From: an uncultured Planctomycetales bacterium
Lineage (GTDB): Bacteria > Omnitrophota > Gorgyraeia > Gygaellales > Profunditerraquicolaceae
DNA length: 64,000 bases
Reading direction: 5' to 3'
NCBI GenBank assembly: GCA_964542785.1
Contig: CAZIUK010000003.1
Coordinates: forward strand, 12,946 to 76,945
A program made the position numbers and the translations under genes. Under the pieces are notes generated by a model. The model did no database searches and was not told the origin of the DNA. It was given only the letters and a program-made list of their open reading frames with translations. This document shows positions 9,349-19,324 of this stretch, in pieces (the stretch's first letter is position 1; each line of letters starts with the position of its first letter).

Positions 9349-11643
9349 ATGAAAAGATTAGAGAGTTTTTTAAGAATATTATTTATTTTCCCGCTGGCCT
9401 TGGCCCTTGTTAGTCTTTCTCAACCGGCGGTCAAAGTTTTAAAAGCCGGCGAAGAGCCTATTACAGCTTCCTCCGCAGAACTTATTAATAAGGCTTGGGC
9501 CGCGCATGGTAGGCGGAATATTGAGGCGACCTTTAAATACACCCAGCAGGTTATAGATCTTTATAAAGATAAGGCAGATAAAGACCAGGCGGGTTTAAGG
9601 TCGCTGCCTAAGAGCAAGGATGAGATAGAAGATGTAAGGGCTTTAAATGACGTAGCTACTGCTTATTTTATCCAGGCGGAGAGTTATCTGCGCCAAGATA
9701 AGCCTAAAGAGGCTAAGCAGTTGTTAGAATTGGTAGTTAGTAAGTATCCTTTTGCTCAAGCCTGGGACCAACGGGGATGGTTCTGGTCAATAAAAACAGC
9801 TGCGGAGCAAACGATTAAGAAGATAGAGACCGGTTCAATTGAGGTAGAAAAGAAAAAGAAGGTAAGCCAGTTAGTTACTGATATTAACCTTTATGATTCC
9901 GGGAAAGAGGATTTTTTAGATTATACCAAGTATGGGGAATTTAAGAATGTAGGGACAAAGGATTATAAGTATCATGTTACTGATCAGGCGGGTTTAATTG
10001 CCGCAGTAGGTGAAGGCATTTATCCTAACTCTACTTCTGTAAGGTGGGATCCTGCTTTTAAAAACGCATTAAAAGAAAAGAGACTTGAAGGGGAGCTTTG
10101 GGATTTTCTCCAATCCCCGGATTTAGAGGCTGCATTTTTTAAATGGGCCACAGCTTCAGAGCCGCAGGGGGTAAAATTATTCTATACGGCATTAATTTTA
10201 GAGAAGGCAGGTTTGATAAAACATGCGCTTAAATGTTATTATGCTATTGTTGTTCATTTTCCCGGGAGTTATGGGTGGACATACTTTAAGACCCCTTGGT
10301 ATGTAGGCCAAGCTGCTCTTTCTAAGATAAAATTTATTCTTAAGAATAATCCTCAGTTAGGGTATAAACTTGAGGGTGCAGATATAAAGATTGTTAATGG
10401 GTATGATAATAATGTTGCGAACGACATTGCAGTAGTAAGTCCGGGCAAGTTTGTTAAAGTCAAGAGAACTGAGGTATCTTCTAAAAATAGTATTAAGCCC
10501 TTGAAGATTAAAAGGCAGTCAGGGGCGGGCAAGGTTTATACAGTGCAGTATGAAAATGGAGACTGGCAACTTATGGTAGAAGGGAAACCTTATATAATAA
10601 AAGGGATTACCTATACTGCAACTAAGGTCGGGCAATCCCCAGATGAGGGGACATTGACCAGCTGGATGGAGGATGATTTTAATAACAATAAGAGGCCAGA
10701 CGGGCCGTACGATGCTTTTTTAGATACTAACCCTAATTTACCTATTGGGGATTTTAAATTAATGAAAGATATGGGGGTAAATACCATAAGGCTTTATCAT
10801 CATCCTGAGAAAGTAAATAAAGAGGTTTTAAGGGATATGTATAATACTTATGGTATCCGCGTAATTCTGGGGGATTTTTTAGGTAAATATGCTTTAGGCT
10901 CAGGTGCTGCGTGGGATCCGGGGACCGATTATAATAACGAGGAACATAAGAAGAATATGATTGAATCGGTTAAAAAGATGGTTTATGAACATAAGGATGA
11001 GCCGTATCTTTTATTTTGGGTTTTAGGAAATGAAAATGTCTACGGGTATGCGTGTAATGCTAATACTGATCCGGATGCTTTTTTTAAATTTGCCAATGAA
11101 GTGGCTAAGATCATTAAATCTATTGATTCTGACCATCCTGTGGCTATATGTAGTGGAGATATACTTTATCTAGATAGGTTTGGCAAGAGTTCTACGGATA
11201 TAGATATTTTTGGGGCTAATTCTTACCGCGGAGACTACGGCTTTGGCCGTTTCTGGAAGAGTGTTAAAGAGGAGGCAGGCATACCTGCCTTTATTACTGA
11301 GTATGGTTGTTCTGCATATGTAGAGGGGAAGTCTTTGCTTGAGGCAGAGGAGCTTCAGGCATCTTACCATAAAGGTTCTTGGGAAGATATAGCCTTTAAC
11401 ATGGCTTTTGGAGAAGGAGAAGGGAATGCTTTAGGCGGAGTAATATTTGAGTGGATGGATGAGTGGTGGAAGGGTTATGAGCCATTTATCCATGATACTA
11501 AAGGGCTTTGGGCAGGTCCATTCCCGGGAGGATATATGCTTGAAGAGTGGTTAGGCTTATGCGGGCAAGGGGATGGAAAAGAGAGCCCGTTTTTTAGGCA
11601 TCTGCGTAAAGCTTATTACACTTATCAAGAGATGTGGAGGTGA
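9349..11643 (+). CDS. Secreted clan GH-A (TIM-barrel) glycoside hydrolase with a TPR-like N-terminal region; family not assignable by eye
   Basis: 764 aa with a signal peptide. It carries NTIRLYHHP, the acid/base-type motif WVLGNENVYG, the nucleophile-type motif ITEYGCSAY and FEWMDEWWK. Confidence 0.65.
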   Translation: MKRLESFLRILFIFPLALALVSLSQPAVKVLKAGEEPITASSAELINKAWAAHGRRNIEATFKYTQQVIDLYKDKADKDQAGLRSLPKSKDEIEDVRALNDVATAYFIQAESYLRQDKPKEAKQLLELVVSKYPFAQAWDQRGWFWSIKTAAEQTIKKIETGSIEVEKKKKVSQLVTDINLYDSGKEDFLDYTKYGEFKNVGTKDYKYHVTDQAGLIAAVGEGIYPNSTSVRWDPAFKNALKEKRLEGELWDFLQSPDLEAAFFKWATASEPQGVKLFYTALILEKAGLIKHALKCYYAIVVHFPGSYGWTYFKTPWYVGQAALSKIKFILKNNPQLGYKLEGADIKIVNGYDNNVANDIAVVSPGKFVKVKRTEVSSKNSIKPLKIKRQSGAGKVYTVQYENGDWQLMVEGKPYIIKGITYTATKVGQSPDEGTLTSWMEDDFNNNKRPDGPYDAFLDTNPNLPIGDFKLMKDMGVNTIRLYHHPEKVNKEVLRDMYNTYGIRVILGDFLGKYALGSGAAWDPGTDYNNEEHKKNMIESVKKMVYEHKDEPYLLFWVLGNENVYGYACNANTDPDAFFKFANEVAKIIKSIDSDHPVAICSGDILYLDRFGKSSTDIDIFGANSYRGDYGFGRFWKSVKEEAGIPAFITEYGCSAYVEGKSLLEAEELQASYHKGSWEDIAFNMAFGEGEGNALGGVIFEWMDEWWKGYEPFIHDTKGLWAGPFPGGYMLEEWLGLCGQGDGKESPFFRHLRKAYYTYQEMWR

Positions 11644-11751
11644 AATCGGAGGAGAAAGGAGTGGAGAATAAACAGGTATATAAAAATAAAAAATATAAAT
11701 AATGGAGTAAGATATATATTAAGTTAAAAAGAAGGAAAGGAAGGTGCGGCA

Positions 11752-12888
11752 ATGAAAAAAATATTGGTAGTCTTGTTAATGTTAGGCTTGATTTTGCCTA
11801 TGGCTCATTCAGTTCAGGCACAGCCTAAGGAGTTTGTGGTTTATTTTGATAAGAACGCCAAGAATAATCATTATATCCCTGCCGGTTGGATGGGGGATAC
11901 AGGGGATATTACCCTTGATGATAATTCAGCAGATAATCCGTATTCAGGGACGACTTCTATGAAATTTGTTTATAGCGCCAAGAAATCCCAAAAACAAGGA
12001 TGGGCTGGAGTATATTGGCAGAGCTCTCCTAATAACTGGGGGAATAAGAAGAGTGGATTTGATCTCTCCGGTATGACCAAACTTACCTTTTGGGCGCGTG
12101 GGGCAAAGGGAGGAGAAGTAATACATAAGTTTGTAGTCGGAGGTTTAAAGGGTATTTACCCGGATTCAGCAACTATTGAGATGGGCCCTGTAGAACTAAC
12201 TAATTCTTGGAAGCAATATACTATTAACCTTGCCGGGAAAGACCTTACTTATATAAATGGCGGTTTTTCTTGGGTGACGAATGCGGATTTAAACCCCGAT
12301 GGTGCAACCTTCTACATTGACGATATTAAATTTGAAGCAGATTCTTCTATGAAACCGGAAGGAAAAAAAGAAGAAGCTATGCCTTTTTATGTTTTTTCTG
12401 ACAGGTCTTCTATGAACAATCATTTTATCCCTTCGGGTTGGATGGGTGATTTTGGCGATTTAAAGTATGATATATCTAAAGAAGATCCGTATTTAGGAGA
12501 TACCTGCATTAAATTATCTTATAGTGCTAAAAAGGCGCAGGGTGCTGGTTGGGCAGGTATATACTGGCAAAACCCGGCTCATAATTGGGGGACAGTTGAC
12601 GCAGGATACGATTTGTCTAAAGCTAAAAGCCTTACATTTTGGGCTAAAGGGGCTGAAGGAGAAGAGCGTATTGAGGAGTTTAAAGTCGGAGGAGTAATGG
12701 GAGAGTTCTCTGATTCTGATTCGGCAGTAATTGGCCCGGTTATTTTAAATAAGGAATGGACAAAATATACCATTGACTTAAAAGGCAAGGATATGTCCTA
12801 TATTATCAGCGGATTCTGCTTATCTGCTAACGCAGATAATAATCCTGAAGGCGCTGAGTTTTATTTGGATGAGATTAAATTCGAATAA
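11752..12888 (+). CDS. Secreted protein with two tandem CBM-like beta-sandwich repeats
   Basis: 378 aa with a signal peptide. There is an internal duplication of about 180 aa: NNHYIPAGWMGDTGD...WAGVYWQ...FYIDDIKFE versus NNHFIPSGWMGDFGD...WAGIYWQ...FYLDEIKFE. Confidence 0.6.
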   Translation: MKKILVVLLMLGLILPMAHSVQAQPKEFVVYFDKNAKNNHYIPAGWMGDTGDITLDDNSADNPYSGTTSMKFVYSAKKSQKQGWAGVYWQSSPNNWGNKKSGFDLSGMTKLTFWARGAKGGEVIHKFVVGGLKGIYPDSATIEMGPVELTNSWKQYTINLAGKDLTYINGGFSWVTNADLNPDGATFYIDDIKFEADSSMKPEGKKEEAMPFYVFSDRSSMNNHFIPSGWMGDFGDLKYDISKEDPYLGDTCIKLSYSAKKAQGAGWAGIYWQNPAHNWGTVDAGYDLSKAKSLTFWAKGAEGEERIEEFKVGGVMGEFSDSDSAVIGPVILNKEWTKYTIDLKGKDMSYIISGFCLSANADNNPEGAEFYLDEIKFE

Positions 12889-12897
12889 AAAAATCAG

Positions 12898-12949
12898 GGA
12901 CGGCTCTTGTGCCGTTTTAAAAGTGTCCCCTTTTTGTCTTTGGGGACAC
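12898..12949 (+). terminator. Two hairpins after the CBM-like gene (possible terminator)
   Basis: ACGGC-tcttgt-GCCGT followed by TTT (12900-12918), then GTGTCCCC-11 nt-GGGGACAC (12923-12949). Confidence 0.4.
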
Positions 12950-13021
12950 TTCTGCTTTATTTTTAGAGCCATCCCTATTTTTATTTTAGTTATTTTTAAT
13001 TTAGGCGCGGCTGTAAGGCCT

Positions 13022-14188
13022 ATGCCAAAAGCCTTTGTTAAAAAGTTAAAGAACAGCCATTACCAGCTCATCGTGGAAGGCAAGCCCTATGTTATAAAAG
13101 GTGTTTGTTATAATCCTATACCTATAGGCCAAAACCATGAATATAATTGGTGGGGTGATCCTAATAAGCCTTGGGAGATAGACGGCGAGCTTATGCAGAA
13201 GATGGGGGTTAATGCTATAAGGGTATATCAGGTGCAGGGCGAACCGGAAGAGGTAAAAAGAGTTATAAGGTATTTATATGAGAAGCACGGCATACGCACT
13301 ATATTAGGAGATTGGCTCGGTTTTTGGGAGTTTCCCTGTCCTTTTTATGGAGATAAAAGGTTTCAGAAGAAGATAAAAGAAGAGGTTTTAAATATGGTCA
13401 AAGAGTATAAGGACGAGCCCGGGGTCCTAATGTGGGTTTTAGGGAATGAGAATAATTATTCTTGTTTAGGGCATGTTAATCCTTGGGGTAATGAGGACAT
13501 TGACAAAGAGACCGACCCTCAGAAACAAAAGGCGATGCGCGCTAAGGTTTATTATTCTTTTGTAAATGAGATAGCGTTAGAGATAAAAAAGATTGATAAA
13601 GACCATCCGGTGGCGTTAGGGAACGGAGAGCTTGTGGGGTTAGAGTTTGCCAAAGAATATGCCCCGGATATAGACATAGTTGCTTGTATAATTTATCGCG
13701 GAAAAACCTTCGGCAACCTTTTTAACTCGCTTCGGCTTACCTTTGATAAGCCTATATTTTTATCTGAGTTCGGCGCGGATGCGTATGATGCGTATTTAAA
13801 AAAAGAAGACCAGAATATGCAGGCTTTTTTCTTAGAATCGCAGTGGCGGCAGGTTTATCAAAACTTAGCCGGCAATATAGATGGCGCGGGAAACTGCCTT
13901 GGTGGAGCAATGTTTGAATGGACGGATGAATGGTGGAAGCATGATGAACATAATCCGGATAGTTGGAGCGTGCATGATACCGGTTCAAATTGGTCTAATA
14001 GCAGTTATTATTTTGATATCAAGGCTGAAGGGAATAAGAATATGAATGAGGAGTGGTTCGGCTTGGTAGAGCTTTTAAAAGAAGAAGAGTGCGGGATAAA
14101 TAAAAGGCTGCCAAGGAAAGCGTATTATGTTGTAAGGGAATTTTGGAATGAGCCGGGCTTAAATAAAAATAAAAGGAATAAAAAATGA
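13022..14188 (+). CDS. Clan GH-A glycoside hydrolase, catalytic-domain-only paralog of 9349-11643
   Basis: It aligns by eye with the C-terminal half of the 764-aa protein (LIVEGKPYVIKGVCYNP, NAIRVYQ, WVLGNENNY, LSEFGADAY, FEWTDEWWK). The start is uncertain. ATG 13022 lies after the hairpins, in-frame GTG 12923 would add a hydrophobic N-terminus, and the ORF track starts at 12869. Confidence 0.65.
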   Translation: MPKAFVKKLKNSHYQLIVEGKPYVIKGVCYNPIPIGQNHEYNWWGDPNKPWEIDGELMQKMGVNAIRVYQVQGEPEEVKRVIRYLYEKHGIRTILGDWLGFWEFPCPFYGDKRFQKKIKEEVLNMVKEYKDEPGVLMWVLGNENNYSCLGHVNPWGNEDIDKETDPQKQKAMRAKVYYSFVNEIALEIKKIDKDHPVALGNGELVGLEFAKEYAPDIDIVACIIYRGKTFGNLFNSLRLTFDKPIFLSEFGADAYDAYLKKEDQNMQAFFLESQWRQVYQNLAGNIDGAGNCLGGAMFEWTDEWWKHDEHNPDSWSVHDTGSNWSNSSYYFDIKAEGNKNMNEEWFGLVELLKEEECGINKRLPRKAYYVVREFWNEPGLNKNKRNKK

Positions 14189-15780
14189 AAAAAATAACCT
14201 TATTTATTATACTTCTATTTTTTATTTTTTTTCCAAAGGTAAAAATTTTTGCCTTTGACTTAGATGAGTTAAAAAAATGCGCCTGCGAAGGAGTTTTGGA
14301 TAATAATCTTGTTAGAGGATGCCTTAATGAGGCTAAGAGCGGGTATCTAAAAGAGAATAGGTATTCGGAGTTTGTGGAGCTTCTAAAAAGCTTGTGCCCA
14401 AACAAAGAAGCAAATAGATTGTTAAATTACAATATAGCATTAGCGCGTTATGAGCAGTTAAAGTATTTAGAGGAGTCTAAGGGGTGGGATGAGTATTTTG
14501 CCATGGGGAATAATTACCGAAATGATATAGCAAGAGAAGCCGGTTTAGTTATTATCTCTTTACCTGAGGATAGCCGGGAGTCTCTTGAGGCGAGGCTCCT
14601 TCTTTATAGGTTCCATAAAGACCAGCAGGATTCTTTTGTTGAGGATGCGCTCTTAGACTTAATGGCCTCTGCACAAGGGTATGCAAAATTTGGCGATGAC
14701 CCAAGCCTTTTAAAAGAGGTTGCGGATACCCTTTTTTCTTACCAAGAGAGCTTCAGGTCTAAAGAGGCGTATAGGTTGTATGTTGCTTTACTTACAAGGT
14801 TAGATATAAAAGATGAAGAATTAAAAAAATTAGCGGTTCAATTTTATCAAGAAGGGAACTTAGAGTTAGCAGAGAATATTTATGATACCTATATGACAAG
14901 AATTAATGACTCTTTTCTGCAAGAGGATATTTTAAAAGAATTAAAGGAAGTAGCGAGGTTATTTTCTTATAAAGACTCAGGGCATTATGATTTAGATTAT
15001 GCTGAAAGTATTTTTCAGAAGATAGAGGACATAGACGGTATAGATGCTTTTGACGAAGATTTAATTTATATGCGTGGGTTTAACTTGGAGAAGAATAAAT
15101 CTTTTGAAAAGACAAAGAATATTTATTTAATGCTTTTAAAGGATTATCCTGAAAGCCGTTATGCTCAAGAGGTTATTTTTAAACTCGGCGTTATCTTTAC
15201 CTATGCCTTGAGGGACCCTAAAGAAGGGGAAGGGTATTTTAAGCTCCTTGCCGATAAGCAGGATTTAACTTCTTATTCTTTAAGTAGTTTATACCAGTTA
15301 GGATTAATAAAGCAGTGGGAGGCGGATACCGCTGCCGCTAAAAATTATTACAATAAATTAATTAGCAATTCTCAAATAAGTGAAGAAACGAACCTCGTTT
15401 TGGCGGCTAAGAAGAGATTAAAAGAGGTAGAGGATAAAGAGCCTATGGAGCATAACCTTAGATTTTTTATGGATGCTTCTCTTGGAAAAGAGTTTTCGGG
15501 TTTAGGCATGAGTAAGGTTGGTTTAAGGCCGAATATTTATATGCCTAAATTAACTGAAGACATAAATATAAGTTCTTACGTTTATCTTGCTGCAAGCGGT
15601 TGTTTTAATGTTGAGGTACAGTATCTCTGGTCAGGGGATTTAGGAGGGGCTGAACCCGGGGTAAAGGATCCCGGGTTTAACCTATCCTATAAAAATCCTG
15701 GGACAAAGATAGTAGGTCTGGTTTTAATCTCGCCAACAGGCATAACAGATTATGCCTTTGACTTTGTAGATGTCAGGTAA
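14185..15780 (+). CDS. Secreted TPR-like repeat protein
   Basis: 531 aa with a signal peptide and helical-repeat composition. An ATGA start/stop overlap links it to the upstream gene. Confidence 0.5.
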   Translation: MKKITLFIILLFFIFFPKVKIFAFDLDELKKCACEGVLDNNLVRGCLNEAKSGYLKENRYSEFVELLKSLCPNKEANRLLNYNIALARYEQLKYLEESKGWDEYFAMGNNYRNDIAREAGLVIISLPEDSRESLEARLLLYRFHKDQQDSFVEDALLDLMASAQGYAKFGDDPSLLKEVADTLFSYQESFRSKEAYRLYVALLTRLDIKDEELKKLAVQFYQEGNLELAENIYDTYMTRINDSFLQEDILKELKEVARLFSYKDSGHYDLDYAESIFQKIEDIDGIDAFDEDLIYMRGFNLEKNKSFEKTKNIYLMLLKDYPESRYAQEVIFKLGVIFTYALRDPKEGEGYFKLLADKQDLTSYSLSSLYQLGLIKQWEADTAAAKNYYNKLISNSQISEETNLVLAAKKRLKEVEDKEPMEHNLRFFMDASLGKEFSGLGMSKVGLRPNIYMPKLTEDINISSYVYLAASGCFNVEVQYLWSGDLGGAEPGVKDPGFNLSYKNPGTKIVGLVLISPTGITDYAFDFVDVR

Positions 15781-15821
15781 TCCTTACAACCTGGGCATTT
15801 CTCATTAATTCTTAATAATAC

Positions 15822-15850
15822 TTGACTTATGTTTTATTTAGTAGTATAAA
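15822..15850 (+). promoter_or_regulatory. Sigma70-like promoter for the ROK regulator operon
   Basis: TTGACT (15822-15827), a 17-nt spacer and TATAAA (15845-15850). Confidence 0.5.
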
Positions 15851-15892
15851 TAATTCAGTATATTTTGCCACGGAGATAAAGGAAATGTTTTT

Positions 15893-17059
15893 ATGCGCAA
15901 TTTTGATTTCGATAAAGAGGTCTCTAGCGAAAAAGGAAAACGCAATATTGAAATTTTAGATATTTTAAGAAAACGCGGTCCGCTAAGTAGGCCGGAGATC
16001 TCTAAGGATATGGGTATCAATGTCGTTACCATATCTAATTATATAAATGATTTTATAAAAAACAATTTGGTCTTTGAAAAAGAGCTTGATATCTCTGAAG
16101 GGGGCAGAAGGCCTTTGCTTTTAGATTTAAACCCGCAAGCCGGATTTGTTATCGGCGTGGGTTTAAATCTTACCAATATGGTCGGAGTATTAGTGGACCT
16201 TAAGGGGAATATAATTACTAAGACTCAAACCGCAAGACCAAAAGTTTTGGCTAAAGAGATATCTGAGTGTGCTCTGGAGATTATACGTGAAATACTGAGG
16301 CGCTCTAAAGAATATTCTTCCGAGATTAAAGGGATTGGCATTGGGGTTGCAGGGTTAGTTAATAAAGATACCGGCTTAATACACTGGCCCCAAAAGGCGG
16401 ATCGCTATTATACCTATCTTTCTTTAGACCTGCCTCTTAAAGAACTTATAGAAAAAGAATTCGGGTTTCCTTGTCTAATTGAAAATGATGCTACCAGCGC
16501 ATGTTTTGGGGAGCAGTGGTTTGGCGCTGGGCAGGGGTATAAGAATATTATATATATGTTCTCCGGAGTTGGTTGTGGCATAATGATAAATGGAGATGTT
16601 TACCGTGGGGCAAAAGGGTATGCAGGAGAGTTAGCTATTTATAGCCATAAAGAAGAGGATATCTTTAACTGTGATTTAGGCCCTGAATGTTTTGTTAAGC
16701 CTTGGGAGACAGATCTTAAGATGCTTAAAGATACGGGGAAACCAGATTTAAGGACTCTATTTAATCTTATTTGGCAAGGTGATGAGCAGGCTTCAAAAGC
16801 TATTATAAGAGCGGCAAAGAGGTTAGGGGTTAAAATAGCTTTTTTAGTGAATCTTCTTAACCCTGAGATGGTTGTTATTGGGGGAGGGCTAGAAGATGCA
16901 GGAGATAGTTTTTTAAAAGAGGTAAATAGTACTGTAAATGATTGGGCTTTTAGCGAATCTACCAAAGGCTTAAGAATAGTTTTTTCTCAATTGCGGGAAA
17001 ACTCAGTTGCCTTAGGAGCAGCCAGTATAGTAATACAAAGGGTTTTTGCGCAAGCATAA
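15893..17059 (+). CDS. ROK family transcriptional regulator (NagC/XylR-like)
   Basis: 388 aa. It has an N-terminal winged HTH (ILDILRKRGPLSRPEISKDMGINVVTISNYINDF) followed by a ROK sugar-kinase-like fold (GIGVAGLVN, ENDATSA). Confidence 0.8.
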   Translation: MRNFDFDKEVSSEKGKRNIEILDILRKRGPLSRPEISKDMGINVVTISNYINDFIKNNLVFEKELDISEGGRRPLLLDLNPQAGFVIGVGLNLTNMVGVLVDLKGNIITKTQTARPKVLAKEISECALEIIREILRRSKEYSSEIKGIGIGVAGLVNKDTGLIHWPQKADRYYTYLSLDLPLKELIEKEFGFPCLIENDATSACFGEQWFGAGQGYKNIIYMFSGVGCGIMINGDVYRGAKGYAGELAIYSHKEEDIFNCDLGPECFVKPWETDLKMLKDTGKPDLRTLFNLIWQGDEQASKAIIRAAKRLGVKIAFLVNLLNPEMVVIGGGLEDAGDSFLKEVNSTVNDWAFSESTKGLRIVFSQLRENSVALGAASIVIQRVFAQA

Positions 17060-17073
17060 ATTAAGGAGGATAG

Positions 17074-18228
17074 ATGGAGCAGAAGGAAAAGTTTATTATT
17101 GTAGGCCTCATTGGGGTTGCGGTTGTCTGCGCTTTTCTTTTAATTCAGTCAGCTGGCGATAGACAGCAGTTGACGCACGAACGAGACGAGCTAAAGAAGG
17201 AGAATGTAAGTTTAACTTTAAAGATAGACAGGTTTACTGCTGATTTGCGCGCCTATCAGGATAAGATAAATTCTTTAAATGCTGATTTAGATAAGGCTTA
17301 TCAGGATAAGGCGGAGTTTGAAAAAAAATATATATTAGTAAATAAAGCTCGGGAAGAGTTGGTAGAAAAATTAAAATCTCAAGCGCGCCCTGCTTTGGCA
17401 GTCCAAGAGACTCAACAGTCTTCTGCCCCACAGGCAAATGATGTTTATTGGGCAGATATACTAAAAACAAAGACTGACCTTGAGCTTCAGCTGAATAATT
17501 TAAGAGGAGAGCTTAAAAAGTTGCAGATAGATAATGAGCAGTTGCAAAGAGAAAAGGGTTCTTTTGAGTTAGAGCTAAATAATTTAAAGCGGGAGAAGGA
17601 CGATTTAAGCAGGCAGTTAGACTATAATAAAAAATTATTGGATAGTTTGGCGCAGGAGTTAGTAAGGGAAAAGAACGATAAAACTCAAATTCAGGATAGC
17701 TATAAACTTATACGTAATGAGAACTCTGTTTTAACCAGGCAGATAAATAGGCTTAACTTGCGCAAGGTAGATTTGGAGAGAAAGCTTCAAGAGGCAAATG
17801 AAGAAAGATCTAACCTTGAGCATAGGGCCCAAGAGATGGAGGTTATGCTTACCGAAAGGTTAAATCAGATTAATAACCTTAAAGAGAGGATAGAGAGTGT
17901 AAGGTCAGGCGAACCTCTTAAGGGGCAGAAGCAGGAATCGGTAAATTTGCCTGCTATAGTAGTAAAACCTAAAGATCCGGCTTACTACCATCAGGATGAT
18001 ACAGGCTCTAGCCTTATAGGAAAAATTATGGCGGTGAATAAGGAGAATAATTTTGTAATTATTGATTTAGGGGAAGAGGCAGGCGTGAAGGTAGGTGATA
18101 CGCTTAGGGTTTATAGGAATGATAAGCCTATTGCGAATATTGAGGTTACGCAGGTACGACGGAACATCTCTGCCTGTGATATAAAGCAGCAAGGTTCTAC
18201 AATAAAAATCGGCGATACAGTAAGGTAA
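17074..18228 (+). CDS. Membrane-anchored coiled-coil protein, function unknown
   Basis: 384 aa. It has an N-terminal TM segment, about 250 aa of heptad-rich sequence and a small C-terminal beta domain. Confidence 0.5.
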   Translation: MEQKEKFIIVGLIGVAVVCAFLLIQSAGDRQQLTHERDELKKENVSLTLKIDRFTADLRAYQDKINSLNADLDKAYQDKAEFEKKYILVNKAREELVEKLKSQARPALAVQETQQSSAPQANDVYWADILKTKTDLELQLNNLRGELKKLQIDNEQLQREKGSFELELNNLKREKDDLSRQLDYNKKLLDSLAQELVREKNDKTQIQDSYKLIRNENSVLTRQINRLNLRKVDLERKLQEANEERSNLEHRAQEMEVMLTERLNQINNLKERIESVRSGEPLKGQKQESVNLPAIVVKPKDPAYYHQDDTGSSLIGKIMAVNKENNFVIIDLGEEAGVKVGDTLRVYRNDKPIANIEVTQVRRNISACDIKQQGSTIKIGDTVR

Positions 18229-18235
18229 TTATTAA

Positions 18236-19261
18236 ATGGCACGCATTAAGAAGAATCCCACCGGAAGTATCTCTATAGAGGATGTTGCTAAAAGAGCAGG
18301 GGTTTCTATCACTACCGTCTCTAGAGTTATTAATAAGGTTGGGACGGTAAAGGAGAAAAACCGGCTTAAGGTTTTAAGCGCTATAAAAGAGTTAAAATTC
18401 CAACCTTCGGTTTTTGCCCAAAGGCTTGCTACGGGAAAAAGCAATGTGGTTGCTTTAATTATCCCTCGCTACGAAGGGGTATTTTATTCTTTTTATGCAT
18501 TAGAGTTAATTCGCGCTACGGGAAACCTCTGCGAAGTTTTTAATCTAGACCTTTTGCTTCATCTAACTGATAGCCATAAGAGAGCCCCGCTTAATTTAAA
18601 GGGCGTGGGGGGGGTTATGTTTTCGGATATTATCGGTACCCGTTTTCAGGTAGAAGAAGCAATAACTTCAGGCACACCAGCAGTTGTAATAAATAATTAT
18701 GTTAAAGACCTGCCGGTAAGTTGTGTGGCTATTGATAATGTAGGCGGCGCAGAAAACGCAGTTAATTATTTGGTAAGCCTAGGGCATAAAAAAATAGCGC
18801 ATATTACAGGAGACATAACAACGCAGGCAGCAGCCTTAAGGCTTGAGGGGTATATTCAGGCATTAAAAAAGAATAATATCCCGGTAAGAGAAGAGTATAT
18901 ATTAAAAACAGATTATTCTAGGGGGCAGGCTAGGTCTGCAGCAGAGACTTTATTTAAGCTTTCTAATATCCCTACGGCAGTTTTTGTGGCTTCAGATTCA
19001 ATGGCACTTGAGGTTATGACTTTAGCGCGCGAGATGGGCAAGAGTATCCCTACGGATTTATCTATTGTAGGATTTGATGATAACCCCTCAGGGCTTTACG
19101 GGCCCGTGGCATTGACTACAGTTAGACAGCCTTTAATTAAGATGGCGGAAGAGGGGGTAAAGGAATTAAATAGGTTGATGACCTTAAAAAAAGGAAGCCA
19201 AGTAAAAAAAGTTATTTTACCGACGGAACTAATCGTAAGGGAATCCTGCCGAAGCCTTTAA
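18236..19261 (+). CDS. LacI family transcriptional regulator
   Basis: 341 aa. The HTH is ISIEDVAKRAGVSITTVSRVIN, followed by a periplasmic-binding-protein-like sugar-sensing fold. Confidence 0.85.
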   Translation: MARIKKNPTGSISIEDVAKRAGVSITTVSRVINKVGTVKEKNRLKVLSAIKELKFQPSVFAQRLATGKSNVVALIIPRYEGVFYSFYALELIRATGNLCEVFNLDLLLHLTDSHKRAPLNLKGVGGVMFSDIIGTRFQVEEAITSGTPAVVINNYVKDLPVSCVAIDNVGGAENAVNYLVSLGHKKIAHITGDITTQAAALRLEGYIQALKKNNIPVREEYILKTDYSRGQARSAAETLFKLSNIPTAVFVASDSMALEVMTLAREMGKSIPTDLSIVGFDDNPSGLYGPVALTTVRQPLIKMAEEGVKELNRLMTLKKGSQVKKVILPTELIVRESCRSL

Positions 19262-19269
19262 TTTTTTTA

Positions 19270-19317
19270 ATACAATCAGTTGTATATCTATCGTTCTTAA
19301 AGCACAATATATTGTAA
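19270..19317 (+). promoter_or_regulatory. Putative tandem NrdR boxes upstream of nrdJ
   Basis: GCACAATATATTGTAA (19302-19317) matches 13/16 positions of the NrdR-box consensus acaCwAtATaTwGtgt. ATACAATCAGTTGTAT (19270-19285) matches 10/16. The centres are 32 bp apart. Confidence 0.45.
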
Positions 19318-19324
19318 TTTTTTA

